From contig OZ220744.1 of the NCBI GenBank assembly GCA_965116925.1, positions 928,001-992,000 of the forward strand: a DNA stretch of 64,000 nt. Reading direction: 5' to 3'. The DNA comes from Candidatus Poribacteria bacterium (GTDB taxonomy: Bacteria > Poribacteria > WGA-4E > PCPOR2b). The translations under genes and the position numbers were made by a program. Positions 40,622-50,743 of this stretch are shown piece by piece (the stretch's first letter is position 1; each line of letters starts with the position of its first letter). The notes under the pieces were generated by a model. The model worked only from the letters and a program-made list of their open reading frames with translations. It had not been told where the DNA came from and ran no database searches.

Positions 40622-42232
40622 TTAGAGATTCCGGTCAAGTTGTAGGGCGAGCCAGTAGGGGTAAGTTTCATCTCGGTACGTCAGTTCAAGGTTCACCTTC
40701 CGAATCTCGCTCGGTTGAGGCACGACACCCGGGGGTTTCTTGCTAGTGGGCTTGAGCGTGAAAGTCAACGTGTTGCGTCCTTTTTTCAGCAGTTCCGGCG
40801 CAATCCTTGCCTCTATATGACAACCGGGCTTGTCCTCCGGGTGGTCCGTAATTGTAAGAGGCGTGGTGATGGATTGTTCGGGTCCAACAGCGACCTTCTG
40901 ACCATTGACCTGCAGCTCAATATCGGCTGGCGTCATTAGTTCGGTGATGTTGAGAAGCAGCCTAGCGTACACCGGTTGACCCTCAGCAAGTGTGGCGGCA
41001 AGGTCATCGGGAACGTCAATCTCCATTTCAGCTTTGCCTCCTTCGCTGTGATATCCCAATTCCAACGGTAGGGCTAGTTGGTAGATGTAAACTTTGTTGG
41101 CATAGCGGAGCCGTTCTGGATCGCCCAGTTCTCGGTAAACCTCCCACTGTAGGTCAAAAAAGCGGATCACATAATCGTAAAAGAATATGCCATCTGCCCC
41201 CTGTTCGTAGAGCCGGTGGGCAATTCCTCTGTGTTCGAGGTGCTGCGTCAGGTGTGCCGGATAGCCATTTATCAATCCACCTCGGCGGAACTTGAAGAAG
41301 CCGGGTTTGCCCGCTCCCGCGACGAGGCGACAACTTGTTCCCTCAACTACCCGGTACCATGCCGAGATGTCCATCTCATAGAAACTAATTGTGCGACAAT
41401 GTGCGATCAGCACGTCTAGCAAGTCTTCTTGAATCCAGGTGCGTATATCCAACCCCTCAGCAAAATGACACTGGATATCGTCTTGCGAGCTTTCGTGCAC
41501 CTCCGCTTTTCCTGCCTCGGGCGTCAGTTCCAGTCCTTTCTCCTTCCAGATTGAGTCCCGTGAGTATAACTGCGCTGACAGTCCCAGATATTTCCCCTTC
41601 TTCTCACCTACCTCGTCCAGCATTGCGCGGACATCTCGCACATGCTGGTTCATGATTTCACGTCCTTGAACCTCTTCCCCTGCATTGAAGTAGGGACCGA
41701 TACGGGTGTAGTCTAGATCGAGTCCGTCAATATCGTAATTCTCCGCAACCTCACGCAAGAATGCCAGATTCTGTGCGGCAATCTCCGGCTTATTCCAATC
41801 ATAGATCGGGGAGACTTGGGCGTCGCGTTTCGATTTCAGTCGTAGTTGTGGATTCTCTCTGTAGAACTTAGTCTGATACCTATCAAATTCGAGCACACTA
41901 TATGTGTGATGACCGTCATTCATCCGGCGACTGCCCCAAGCCTGAATGCCACAGCGGTGACACTCATCCACAAAGACAGCCATGGGATCCATACCCGCCT
42001 CGACCCAAGCCTGCTGCGTTTCCCACATTTCAAGGACATCCGATTTCTGGAAAGCTCTGATCACACCGAGGCACCGCTGCAGGATTCCTACGTGCGAACC
42101 CTCAAAGCACTGAACAAGAGAGCGAATTTGCCGTTCAGCCTGCTCAGGGCTACAGGGCGTTTCCCCGGCATCGTAGGTAGCAATGAGTCTCTGTCGCTCC
42201 CGTAAGGGAATTAGCCCTTGACGATTTAACAT
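40622..42232 (-). CDS. Glycoside-hydrolase-like (GHL10-type TIM barrel) protein
   Basis: DPMAVFVDECHRCG...SRRMNDGH, YDW..PE, ENYDIDGLDLDYTR and GADGIFFYDY. Confidence 0.6.
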   Translation of the reverse strand: MLNRQGLIPLRERQRLIATYDAGETPCSPEQAERQIRSLVQCFEGSHVGILQRCLGVIRAFQKSDVLEMWETQQAWVEAGMDPMAVFVDECHRCGIQAWGSRRMNDGHHTYSVLEFDRYQTKFYRENPQLRLKSKRDAQVSPIYDWNKPEIAAQNLAFLREVAENYDIDGLDLDYTRIGPYFNAGEEVQGREIMNQHVRDVRAMLDEVGEKKGKYLGLSAQLYSRDSIWKEKGLELTPEAGKAEVHESSQDDIQCHFAEGLDIRTWIQEDLLDVLIAHCRTISFYEMDISAWYRVVEGTSCRLVAGAGKPGFFKFRRGGLINGYPAHLTQHLEHRGIAHRLYEQGADGIFFYDYVIRFFDLQWEVYRELGDPERLRYANKVYIYQLALPLELGYHSEGGKAEMEIDVPDDLAATLAEGQPVYARLLLNITELMTPADIELQVNGQKVAVGPEQSITTPLTITDHPEDKPGCHIEARIAPELLKKGRNTLTFTLKPTSKKPPGVVPQPSEIRKVNLELTYRDETYPYWLALQLDRNL

Positions 42233-42253
42233 GGACGCCTCCTTTATATATTT

Positions 42254-42385
42254 GACTCATATCAGGATAGAGTGCAAAATACGAATGCCGTGAAACGTGA
42301 TGCGTGAAACGTGAAAAACATATATTCATTGGTGCAGTTGGGCTAGGGAGTCCCAATTCTGTTGCACAATTTCTTAACATCAGTC
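42254..42385 (-). mobile_element. MITE family D, degenerate copy with heptamer-repeat cargo
   Basis: Ends gactcatatcaggatagagtgcaaaatacgaa and ttgcacaatttcttaacatcagtc match the ends of 45827-45917 in reverse orientation. Confidence 0.6.
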
Positions 42386-42393
42386 AATATCGA

Positions 42394-43224
42394 TTATGTC
42401 ACAGTTGGAAACCCGCTGCCGACGAGAGGTTCGCCGTTGTTGACTTCGATAGTTGGAATCAGGCAATGGTGCGATGCTTGTGCATCGTTGAAACAGACCC
42501 CTTGAGCGTAATAAATTATCACAAAGGCGCGACGTTGCCGATTGGTTGTGTTCTGTGGGGTTGCATGGAAGTTCAGACAGTGGTGGAACATACATTCACC
42601 GGTTGAAAGTTCCACCGGCACGCCGAAGCTAGCGGGACGTTCCTCCATTTTTGCTCGTTCGGTCTTGAGGGTCGGATTTTTTGCCAGCGCCTCTTCCTCT
42701 TTCTTTTTCGCTTCAGGGGAGAAGCGGGGATCTCGGTGGCTGCCGGGAACCACGTGCATACAACCGTTCTCCACAGTGGCATCATCAAGAGCAATCCAGC
42801 AGCTAAGGATTCTTGGGGCGGAAAGGGGCCAGCCGTAGAAATCTTGGTGGAAACGGAAATGACCATTGTCTTGTGGCGGTTTGGAGATGATATGATCATG
42901 CCATAGACGAACCTCCGGCGTTTTCAAAAGTGTCTTAGCGATTCTAGTAATTAGCGGATGCCGCACCGTTTTTTCGTAGTCCTCATCTCGCTTCCACATG
43001 TTGACGTACTGAGTGAGGACCCGTGGCTCATCCTCGGCATCTTTGATAGTGCGGCGATGACCGACGCTGAATTCGACCGATGAATTGTCTCCTCCTGCTA
43101 ATTCGATATCAACAATCCGATCCAACCCATCAATAAGTGCTGTGACCTCATTCTGTTCTAAAACCTTTCCATATCTAAGATAACCGTTCTCATTGAAAAA
43201 TTTTACTTGTTCTTCGGTAACCAT
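42394..43224 (-). CDS. PhyH-family dioxygenase
   Basis: FFNENGYL, FHQD, WIALDDATVENGCMHVVPGSH and FHAT..N.T...RRA. Confidence 0.9.
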   Translation of the reverse strand: MVTEEQVKFFNENGYLRYGKVLEQNEVTALIDGLDRIVDIELAGGDNSSVEFSVGHRRTIKDAEDEPRVLTQYVNMWKRDEDYEKTVRHPLITRIAKTLLKTPEVRLWHDHIISKPPQDNGHFRFHQDFYGWPLSAPRILSCWIALDDATVENGCMHVVPGSHRDPRFSPEAKKKEEEALAKNPTLKTERAKMEERPASFGVPVELSTGECMFHHCLNFHATPQNTTNRQRRAFVIIYYAQGVCFNDAQASHHCLIPTIEVNNGEPLVGSGFPTVT

Positions 43225-43415
43225 TTTTATCCTCCGCTATCTCTGTTGGCTCATGTTGCTGGCACATTGGTAAAATGAGCGTTATTTTTGTTACACTGCC
43301 CCGATTGTATCACACTTCTCATCAACTGTAAATATCGAAGCTTTGGTGGGCAGAAAGCATGATATGGTGGTCAACTTGTAGGGGGAATTCGCGCTGGTGT
43401 CGGGTGTTTGAAGAT

Positions 43416-43444
43416 TTGACAACACGCTCAAGGTAATGTATAAT
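43416..43444 (+). promoter_or_regulatory. Consensus sigma-70 promoter
   Basis: TTGACA-17 bp-TATAAT, exact match. Confidence 0.75.
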
Positions 43445-43500
43445 CGGACAAACCGGCAGGAATAAACCGGGATTGATTGGAAAGACATTTATTTCTATTA

Positions 43501-43854
43501 TAGGACTTACGCAGCATGTTCATAAGTCCCCCTGACAAGGGGATTTAGGGGGTTAAAAATCAAAAATCTACCTCCTGTGTGCTAAATTTGTGTAACTCCT
43601 AAATAATTCAAATTATAATCCCAATCTGCAATCAACAGTAAGAATCCCAACCATAAGATGAACACAAATGTAATTGCTTGTAACTGTTTGTAATACGATT
43701 GATGGGCATGATGAAACGTTTCATCCTGAAATAGGGACAATTTTCCCATTTGCGCGGGAAAAATGGGAAAATTTGATTTTCGCAGGCGAAACGTAACCTT
43801 TTTAATCTAACTCATGCTACCTTAACACCTCATCTTTTAACTGCGTAAGTCCTA
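43501..43854. mobile_element. MITE family C (TAGGACTTACGCA...TGCGTAAGTCCTA), composite form with TATTA flanking repeats
   Basis: Perfect terminal IR, a degenerate internal right end near 43589-43601, and TATTA on both flanks. The first 101 bp are homologous to 58470-58634. Confidence 0.8.
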
Positions 43855-43888
43855 TATTAAAAGTATACTGTAAGAACGGAGGAGAATC

Positions 43889-44650
43889 ATGGCACAAAAA
43901 AAGGTACTCGTTACCGGGATGAGTGGCTTAATTGGCGGTCTCGTGCGGGACCGCATAGAGGGCAAGTATATTTTAAGCGCATTGAATCGCCGTCCAGTAG
44001 AGGGCGTCGAATGCCATCAAGGCGATATCGCTGACTTGGACGCCATTCGACCCGCTTTTGAGGGGGTTAATGTGGTCGTGCATCTAGCAGCGATGGCGCA
44101 ACCATCGGGCATGACATGGGAAGAATTGTTAAGCGCGAATATCATAGGGTGCTACAACGTCTTTGAGGCATCACGGCAGGCGGGCGTTAAGCGCATAATT
44201 TTCGCTAGCAGCGGGGCAACCGTCAGAAATTGGGATCGCGTATTTCCCTACGACGCAATCGTCGCGGGACGTTACGATGAAGTCCCTGAGACATGGAAAA
44301 AAGTAGATCACGAAACGCCGACGTGGCCCGGGGGACTCTATGGCTGTTCCAAAGTTTTCGGCGAGGCGTTGGCGAGGCATTATACGGACACCTGCGACAT
44401 CTCGATAATCAGTCTGCGCATCGGTGCGGTCACCCGTGAAAATCGTCCGACAGACACACGTGGTTTCTCTGTCTGGTGCAGTCAGCGGGACGTTGCACAG
44501 ATGATCGAAAAATGTATTGAAGCACCTGACAGCGTGAAGTTTGATATTTTCGAGGTTGTGTCCGACAACAAGTGGGCTTACCGCGATATCTCACATGCTC
44601 GTGAGGTAGTTGGATACGAACCGGAGGATGCAGCAGAAGATTACCGCTAG
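43889..44650 (+). CDS. NAD-dependent epimerase/dehydratase family (uronate dehydrogenase-like)
   Basis: VTGMSGLIG, VHLAA, FASS, YGCSK and LRIG. Confidence 0.85.
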   Translation: MAQKKVLVTGMSGLIGGLVRDRIEGKYILSALNRRPVEGVECHQGDIADLDAIRPAFEGVNVVVHLAAMAQPSGMTWEELLSANIIGCYNVFEASRQAGVKRIIFASSGATVRNWDRVFPYDAIVAGRYDEVPETWKKVDHETPTWPGGLYGCSKVFGEALARHYTDTCDISIISLRIGAVTRENRPTDTRGFSVWCSQRDVAQMIEKCIEAPDSVKFDIFEVVSDNKWAYRDISHAREVVGYEPEDAAEDYR

Positions 44651-44725
44651 GACGTGTCACATTTTTCTTAGGCATTACTTGTTACGCGCTTCGCGGTTTG
44701 CACTTTTTTAGATAAGCTGCAGCTT

Positions 44726-45796
44726 CTATTGGTATCGATCCACATCGGCGGGTTCAACTATCTCTTTTCCCAAAGAAACATTTAATTTCTCCGCCCACTC
44801 TAGAATCTGCTGATAGGTTGTATCCGGCACATTGACACCATGCGTCAGACGCTGGATACGAGAGCGGTGCTCATAATCGCCGGGAACCAACACCTCATCA
44901 AAACCGGGCGCGGGTGGTATCGACTTTATGCCATCGAGAAATGCACGCACGCCCTGTTGATACGCTTCCAACGGGGTAAATGCGTTGACATTCAACACCT
45001 GTATAAACTGGCCACCTATTGCGCCACGTCCAACGTCGAAATTCCCGCTCAATCCACCAAGCAGACACATCAGCAGCGAGAACGCGTAGCCCTTGTGTTT
45101 GCCAAATGGCAGCAAAAATCCGCCGTCATAAAAGTCCGCCGTTTTGACGCTGGGGTTGCCATCTTTGTCCACAATGCAGCCTTCGGGTAGGTCAACCCCC
45201 CGACTTTGGGCGAACATAATCTTACCGCCGGCGATCATGCTGGTGGCAAAGTCGATGACAAATGGTGCATCATCGCCGGTAGGGACACCAACAGAGATCG
45301 GGTTGGTGCCGAGTGCCCCGCTGGCACCGCCAAAGGGGACAATGTTCCCGCCATCCTTCACACCGTTTCCGTTGGTGGTGATGCCGATGCACCCCGCCCG
45401 CGCGGCTTGCTCTGCGTATTCACCGAGCCGACCGATATGCCCGGTGTGGACAAGAGTCACACTACAGGTGTCAGTCTCTTTCGCTTTCTCAATTGCACGT
45501 TCCATCGCTTTTCGAGCTGTGTGGTGACCGAAACCGTTTCCGCCATCAACGCGCAGAGTGTTGGCAGTTTCGCTGACAAACTCTGGTTCAGCGGCAGGTT
45601 GCGTCCTACCGTCTGCGATACTTTGCAGGTAGCTCGGAATACGAATTACGCCGTGCGAATCGTGCCCGGCGAGGTTTGCATTCACCAAGATCTCCGCTAC
45701 GTTTTTAGCAATGTGGCGGGGCGTGTCTGTCGCCATAAATACCTCTCGCGTCATTGCGTGTAGGTAGCTTGCCTGAAAGGAATGCGTTGTCCCCAT
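44726..45796 (-). CDS. Ldh_2-family (type 2 malate/L-lactate/sulfolactate-like) dehydrogenase
   Basis: GHDSHGV, HIGRLGEY, GTNPI, DFATS and HKGY. Confidence 0.9.
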   Translation of the reverse strand: MGTTHSFQASYLHAMTREVFMATDTPRHIAKNVAEILVNANLAGHDSHGVIRIPSYLQSIADGRTQPAAEPEFVSETANTLRVDGGNGFGHHTARKAMERAIEKAKETDTCSVTLVHTGHIGRLGEYAEQAARAGCIGITTNGNGVKDGGNIVPFGGASGALGTNPISVGVPTGDDAPFVIDFATSMIAGGKIMFAQSRGVDLPEGCIVDKDGNPSVKTADFYDGGFLLPFGKHKGYAFSLLMCLLGGLSGNFDVGRGAIGGQFIQVLNVNAFTPLEAYQQGVRAFLDGIKSIPPAPGFDEVLVPGDYEHRSRIQRLTHGVNVPDTTYQQILEWAEKLNVSLGKEIVEPADVDRYQ

Positions 45797-45826
45797 AATA
45801 CTGCCTCCTTTTTCATATTTCTTGTT

Positions 45827-45917
45827 GGCTCATGTTAAGAAATAGTGCAAAGAAACCGAGTTTTCAAGAAAAAACTCGGTTTCTCTTCGCATTTTGCACT
45901 TTCTTTTGATATGAACC
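45827..45917 (+). mobile_element. MITE family D (91 bp) with 8-bp target-site duplication, carrying a family d palindrome
   Basis: TIRs ggctcatgttaagaaatagtgcaaa and tttgcacttttcttttgatatgaacc. TTCTTGTT at 45819-45826 and 45918-45925. Confidence 0.85.
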
Positions 45918-45940
45918 TTCTTGTTATCATATCTTACGAA

Positions 45941-46798
45941 TCAATCGGATGAAACCCTATAGAATTGAAGCGCATTGTCCCGGAACAACTTTCTCAACTC
46001 ATCATCTGAACAACCGCTGACCGCCCACTCTAAGGTCTCGACCCATCTCGGATATTCGGTCGCTTGCGCTGCAACGGGCCAATCGCTGCCGTAAATCACA
46101 CGATCAAAACCGAAGCACTCGATTACATGATCTATGTAAGGCTTCAAATCCTCTCGTGTCCACGTTTCAAAATCGGCCTCGGTTACAAGACCGGAGACCT
46201 TACAAAACACGTTAGGGAATTCAGATAGCTCTTTAAGCTCACGTTTCCACGGTTCCAAGAGTTGATCCTTAATGTTCGGTTTGCCGATATGGTCTAATAT
46301 AAACTGGATGTTTGGACACTGCTTGACGAACTGAACGGTATTGGCAAGGTGCCGATGGTAAATGCAGATATCAAAGCTTAACCCGAACTCCTCAAGTGAC
46401 TGTACGCCTCTAATAAAATCGGGCTGTACACAGAATTCGAGGCTTTCCGATTGAATCAAACGACGGATCCCTTTGACCATCGGATTTTCAGAAAGCTGCT
46501 CGAGAAGCGGTCTCGCACCGTCCCCTTTTTCAAGCGGTGCGCCTGCCACAATCCCCCGGATTCTTGGATCTTCTTTCGACAACGATGTGATCCACTCTGC
46601 CTCTTTCAGATTTTCATCGGGATGGGGATCGCACTGCACAAAAATCATTGTTCCAACATCAACCGTCCCGCAAGCGTTTCGGTAGTCCTCTAGCAAATAG
46701 GGTTTGTTCAGAAATGGGACATCTTCAAGCCACGGGTATCTCAGAACGCTCGGATCCCAGAGATGAATGTGTGTATCGACAATTGGAAAATCTGCCAT
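45941..46798 (-). CDS. Amidohydrolase_2 family (L-fuconolactonase-like)
   Basis: IVDTHIHLWD, KGIRR, LDHIGKP, CKVSG and YGSDWPV. Confidence 0.85.
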   Translation of the reverse strand: MADFPIVDTHIHLWDPSVLRYPWLEDVPFLNKPYLLEDYRNACGTVDVGTMIFVQCDPHPDENLKEAEWITSLSKEDPRIRGIVAGAPLEKGDGARPLLEQLSENPMVKGIRRLIQSESLEFCVQPDFIRGVQSLEEFGLSFDICIYHRHLANTVQFVKQCPNIQFILDHIGKPNIKDQLLEPWKRELKELSEFPNVFCKVSGLVTEADFETWTREDLKPYIDHVIECFGFDRVIYGSDWPVAAQATEYPRWVETLEWAVSGCSDDELRKLFRDNALQFYRVSSD

Positions 46799-46935
46799 CG
46801 TGTTACTCCTCGCTTAGTCTGCTAATGTTTGAGTTGTGTATTCTTGGATTTATCGGATTTTTGTGCCGATCTTGTTTTGTCCTCAGGCAAAAAGATTGTA
46901 ACACACATGACGAAAAAGGCAATGGAAATTTTCGG

Positions 46936-46964
46936 TTGACAAGCCGTAGCGCTGGTGCTATTAT
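46936..46964 (+). promoter_or_regulatory. Sigma-70-type promoter
   Basis: TTGACA-17 bp-TATTAT with extended -10 TG. Confidence 0.6.
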
Positions 46965-47024
46965 GTCGCAAAGGTAATCTTGATTTTGCGAGCACTTAGT
47001 TACCAACAATAGAGAGGGAAAAAC

Positions 47025-47435
47025 ATGGCAACAAATTCGACCGATTCGCTTCAGGGAACATCACGCAAACGAATACCACTTATCACCAAAGTGCTCGCGG
47101 TTCTCCTCGTGCTGTTGCTGATTTTCTTTTTTTTGCAGTGGTATTTGATAACAGGGCTATTCAGTTTTGCTGCCGATCTTATGAAGGCTCAACTGATACA
47201 GCAGGCACCCGATGGTGTTGATGCAGAAGCAATTAAAGCAACATTCGATCGAGTCGAACAAGCGATGCAGGCTATGCCGTTGAGTTATTTGCGAGGACAG
47301 GTGCGCTTGAGGAAAGTTAGAATTGCGATAGATTATGCGTCGAAGGCGACCGAAGATGGACTGTGGAGTGCGGAGGAAATTAACACTTTGCTGAAAATGA
47401 CGGATGCGGCTGTGGGATACCAAGGAAAGGAATAG
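47025..47435 (+). CDS. Hypothetical single-pass membrane protein
   Basis: RBS GAGGG and one long hydrophobic helix. Confidence 0.65.
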   Translation: MATNSTDSLQGTSRKRIPLITKVLAVLLVLLLIFFFLQWYLITGLFSFAADLMKAQLIQQAPDGVDAEAIKATFDRVEQAMQAMPLSYLRGQVRLRKVRIAIDYASKATEDGLWSAEEINTLLKMTDAAVGYQGKE

Positions 47436-47441
47436 TAGTGG

Positions 47442-48203
47442 ATGAAAGAATTGACAGATCCTTACGAAAAATTTGCGTATCCCTATGACCGCATGATGGC
47501 GAATGTTAACTATGTTCGTTGGGCAAGCTATATTGAGGACCTCTTCAAGCATTATAAATCTGAGCCGCGAAAGATTTTAGAGGTCGCCTGCGGCACGGGG
47601 GCGTTGACAGTATTGATGGAGGAGCGGGGGTACGAAATGTGCGGCTTAGACCGCGCCGAGGGAATGCTGACCGTTGCGCGTCAAAAGGCGGAGGAGCGTT
47701 GGCTAAATATCCCATTTATGCGTGGGGATATGCGCGATTTCGATCTTCAGGAGCGGTTTGACGCAGTGCTTTGTGTCTACGATAGTATCAACTATGCGGT
47801 CGATGAAGCCGAACTTGAGGCGGTTTTCCGGGCGGTTTCAAACCATTTAGTTCCGTCCGGGTTGTTTATCTTCGATGTTACCACTGAGCGGAATATCGTT
47901 CAACACTTCCACGGGCAGACATTTTCGGAAAACCATCCTGACTACTCCTATACGTGGAAAAATATGTATACCTATCACGATAAGATTTGCCGGACGGCAC
48001 TTACCTTCTTTATCCGTGAAGGGGAACTCTTTCGCCGTTTTGAAGAGGTTCACATCCAGAAAATTTTTGAGGTCGGCACCGTCAAAAAGCTGTTGAAACA
48101 GACTGGATACAAGATGCTCAGTGCGTATGATATGTACACTTTTAGCAGGTGGAATCGACATTCCGATCGGATCAATTTTACCGCCCGCAAAGAGGAGGCA
48201 TGA
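47442..48203 (+). CDS. Class I SAM-dependent methyltransferase
   Basis: LEVACGTG, GDMRDF, DSINY and GLFIFD. Confidence 0.9.
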   Translation: MKELTDPYEKFAYPYDRMMANVNYVRWASYIEDLFKHYKSEPRKILEVACGTGALTVLMEERGYEMCGLDRAEGMLTVARQKAEERWLNIPFMRGDMRDFDLQERFDAVLCVYDSINYAVDEAELEAVFRAVSNHLVPSGLFIFDVTTERNIVQHFHGQTFSENHPDYSYTWKNMYTYHDKICRTALTFFIREGELFRRFEEVHIQKIFEVGTVKKLLKQTGYKMLSAYDMYTFSRWNRHSDRINFTARKEEA

Positions 48204-49021
48204 GGATGACCGATGAGAAAGCAGCCATGACCGTCGAATCAGCACTGTTACATCTGCAAATCAATGGCTGGTGCGTGGTTGAAGATGTCATTCCCGAAGA
48301 TAAGGTGGATGCAATACGCGAAAGCGTCGAGCAAACAGTCGAGGTACACGGGACTTACACCGGTGTCGAAGGGGTAGGGACTCGAAAAGGTTTGCTCGCA
48401 TTCAATCAGTCGTTCGCGCCTTACCTTGCCGACAAACGCGTATTGGGGATCGCCGAAGCGTTATTCGGACCGCATGTACGCATCTCTTTTACAACGGCAC
48501 ATATCAACTACCCGGGCAATGTACGTGGCGCGCTACATTCGGATTGGCCCTTCAATCAAAACAACGCCGGGCATATACCCGCTCCATATCCTGATGCGGT
48601 CATACACCTGACCACATTGTGGATGCTCTCGCCATTTACACATGAAACCGGCGGCACCCTGGTTGTGCCGGGCAGCCACCGGTCCCCGAACAACCCATCA
48701 GGAAATAACGGCATTGATCCTCTTGAGCCTTATCCCACTGAGATGCAAGCGACGGGGGAGGCGGGCAGTGTGTTGATACTTGATAGCCGGACATGGCATG
48801 CGACTGCACCCAACAAAACCGATAGACCGCGCGTCGGGATGGCAGTGCGTTATGCGCCATGGTGGCTCAATCTTGACGTATTGATGCCCGGCTCAGATGA
48901 GAGAGCGCGCATAGTGGACGAGACGGGAGGAAATGAAAATGAGGTTGCAGCGGTTTCCCCTGTGATTTACGAAGCACTACCGGAGGAGGTCAAACCGCTC
49001 TATCGGCATTGGGTAAGGTAG
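48200..49021 (+). CDS. PhyH-family dioxygenase
   Basis: NGWCVVEDVI, LHSD, GGTLVVPGSH and WHAT. ATGA overlap with the methyltransferase gene, after GAGGAGG. Confidence 0.85.
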   Translation: MRMTDEKAAMTVESALLHLQINGWCVVEDVIPEDKVDAIRESVEQTVEVHGTYTGVEGVGTRKGLLAFNQSFAPYLADKRVLGIAEALFGPHVRISFTTAHINYPGNVRGALHSDWPFNQNNAGHIPAPYPDAVIHLTTLWMLSPFTHETGGTLVVPGSHRSPNNPSGNNGIDPLEPYPTEMQATGEAGSVLILDSRTWHATAPNKTDRPRVGMAVRYAPWWLNLDVLMPGSDERARIVDETGGNENEVAAVSPVIYEALPEEVKPLYRHWVR

Positions 49022-49036
49022 CAGCAAGAGACACCT

Positions 49037-49384
49037 TCACTCCGCATTCAGAGCGTCTATCGCTTCTTCTTCACTATCAAACGGTTCAAATTGTTCGACT
49101 AGCTTGCTCCGAATCATGAGATTTTGGATGTTCGGGCCGACGTTGATGAGTGCAACCAGCCCCCCTTTCTTTTCGATGGATACGTATGCCCCCGTTAAGG
49201 CACCAAGTCCTGAACTTCCCATGATTGTGACACGGGCGAAGTCTACCAGGAATTTGGGGGTTCCAGTACAACTGGCGATCTGTTCATCAAATGCCTTTTT
49301 GAATTCAAGGGCGGCGAGTCCAAAAATCTTACCGCTCGGTTCCAAAATAGTAACACCTTCTCGATGGCGGATATTAACTGCCAT
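49037..49384 (-). CDS. STAS-domain anti-sigma factor antagonist
   Basis: VDFARVTIMGSSGLGAL and FDSEEEAI. Confidence 0.85.
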   Translation of the reverse strand: MAVNIRHREGVTILEPSGKIFGLAALEFKKAFDEQIASCTGTPKFLVDFARVTIMGSSGLGALTGAYVSIEKKGGLVALINVGPNIQNLMIRSKLVEQFEPFDSEEEAIDALNAE

Positions 49385-49430
49385 AAATCTCTCCTAATAT
49401 GGCACAACTCGTATTGATCATAAGTTAAAA

Positions 49431-49520
49431 GTAGATTGGGTTGAATGACACCGATAAAAAATACCAACCATTACACTGAGATTTCGGTGTTCGATTTTGC
49501 CTGAAATTACCCCAATCTAC
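49431..49520. repeat. GTAG...CTAC-bounded 90-bp inverted-repeat element
   Basis: gtagattggg / cccaatctac outer stem and acaccga / tcggtgt inner stem. Confidence 0.6.
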
Positions 49521-49651
49521 GAGTGAAACTCAACAGTAAAACCAATGGACAACGGTTTTCACGTTTCACTCTAGCTTGTAAGGCTGCTGCGCCCGGTAAG
49601 CCGGACGCAGAAGATATAACGTTGATGTTCTAAAGCTGGGTTACAAATGGG

Positions 49652-50086
49652 CTATTCGCTAGCACTAGACCGCAACAGGTGAGCCCCCATCGCGCCGCTC
49701 AACAACGGGTTTATCGCGTCAAAGATAATCCATACCAGTGATCGAACGTCAGCACTAACAGCGGTAAAATCTTGCCCGGCACCGCTAATGCCGAACCAGT
49801 TCCAAAAGAAGAGTATGGCTGAAAACAGGAATCCATAGAATAACGCGTTGGCAGCTATGAACTCTGGACCACTAGCATTCTCACCGGCACGGCTCATGCG
49901 AATGTAGCTGAATATCAATCCCAATATTATTGAGATAGCGGAGAGCCAATTAATCCAATTCCAAGCACTGCTGTACGGTTGAGCGTCGCTGGAAGTGTGG
50001 TAAACCGGCTCGATGACTGTGTGGATGGCAACTATTGCCGCAATCAGAATCAGGACAACACCTATGACTCGCTTTAAGGCTTCCAT
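49652..50086 (-). CDS. Hypothetical four-TM membrane protein
   Basis: Four hydrophobic segments. RBS AAGGAG. Confidence 0.7.
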   Translation of the reverse strand: MEALKRVIGVVLILIAAIVAIHTVIEPVYHTSSDAQPYSSAWNWINWLSAISIILGLIFSYIRMSRAGENASGPEFIAANALFYGFLFSAILFFWNWFGISGAGQDFTAVSADVRSLVWIIFDAINPLLSGAMGAHLLRSSASE

Positions 50087-50236
50087 GAAAATTTTCTCCT
50101 TTCCCTTATTGGGTTAGCTAAATTCTGTTCCAAGAAACAAAATTGGGAATCTCATTTCATCTACGCCTTATAGGATTACTTCCTACGATAGCGGCGATTT
50201 TAACCGCTCTCTTAAGAGGCTTGGATCGGTGTCTCG

Positions 50237-50557
50237 CTACTGGATGACCGACCGAGGAGTCGCTTCAAGGCGTGTGACTTTGATCTGCGAACGATCCATC
50301 ATATCAGGAATTTTGGGAGCGATTTCATTCTTCCAAGTGTCGCTTTCATAGACAGCGTCATACAACTGTTCCCGCTGCGCCTCACTCTCAAATCGGCGAA
50401 TCCAAACGTACAGATCTTTTTCTTCCTCGCCAACAAAGCTTCCCAAAATTACCATCCCTTTCGAGACCTGAAAGGGAATAATCACCTCCTCCATATAATT
50501 AACCCAGTTCTCCTCCTGCCCGGGTCTCATTCGATACTGCCGAAGCTCAAAGAACAT
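50237..50557 (-). CDS. NIPSNAP family protein
   Basis: MFFELRQYRMRPG, YVWIRRFES and C-terminal ATPRS. Confidence 0.85.
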   Translation of the reverse strand: MFFELRQYRMRPGQEENWVNYMEEVIIPFQVSKGMVILGSFVGEEEKDLYVWIRRFESEAQREQLYDAVYESDTWKNEIAPKIPDMMDRSQIKVTRLEATPRSVIQ

Positions 50558-50743
50558 AACTCTCTCCTTGCATGTTATGGGTCACGACTGTGCCCTCATG
50601 TGGTGCCGTTGGCAAATTATCTTTGCTTGTTATTATGACCTGTCAACGCTAACGAACGTCAACTTTCACCAATATTATACCAGTTTTTCATTGCGATGTG
50701 TAAAAAAAATCCCGGTTCAATGGCTCCGCTAATCTTTTGGAAT

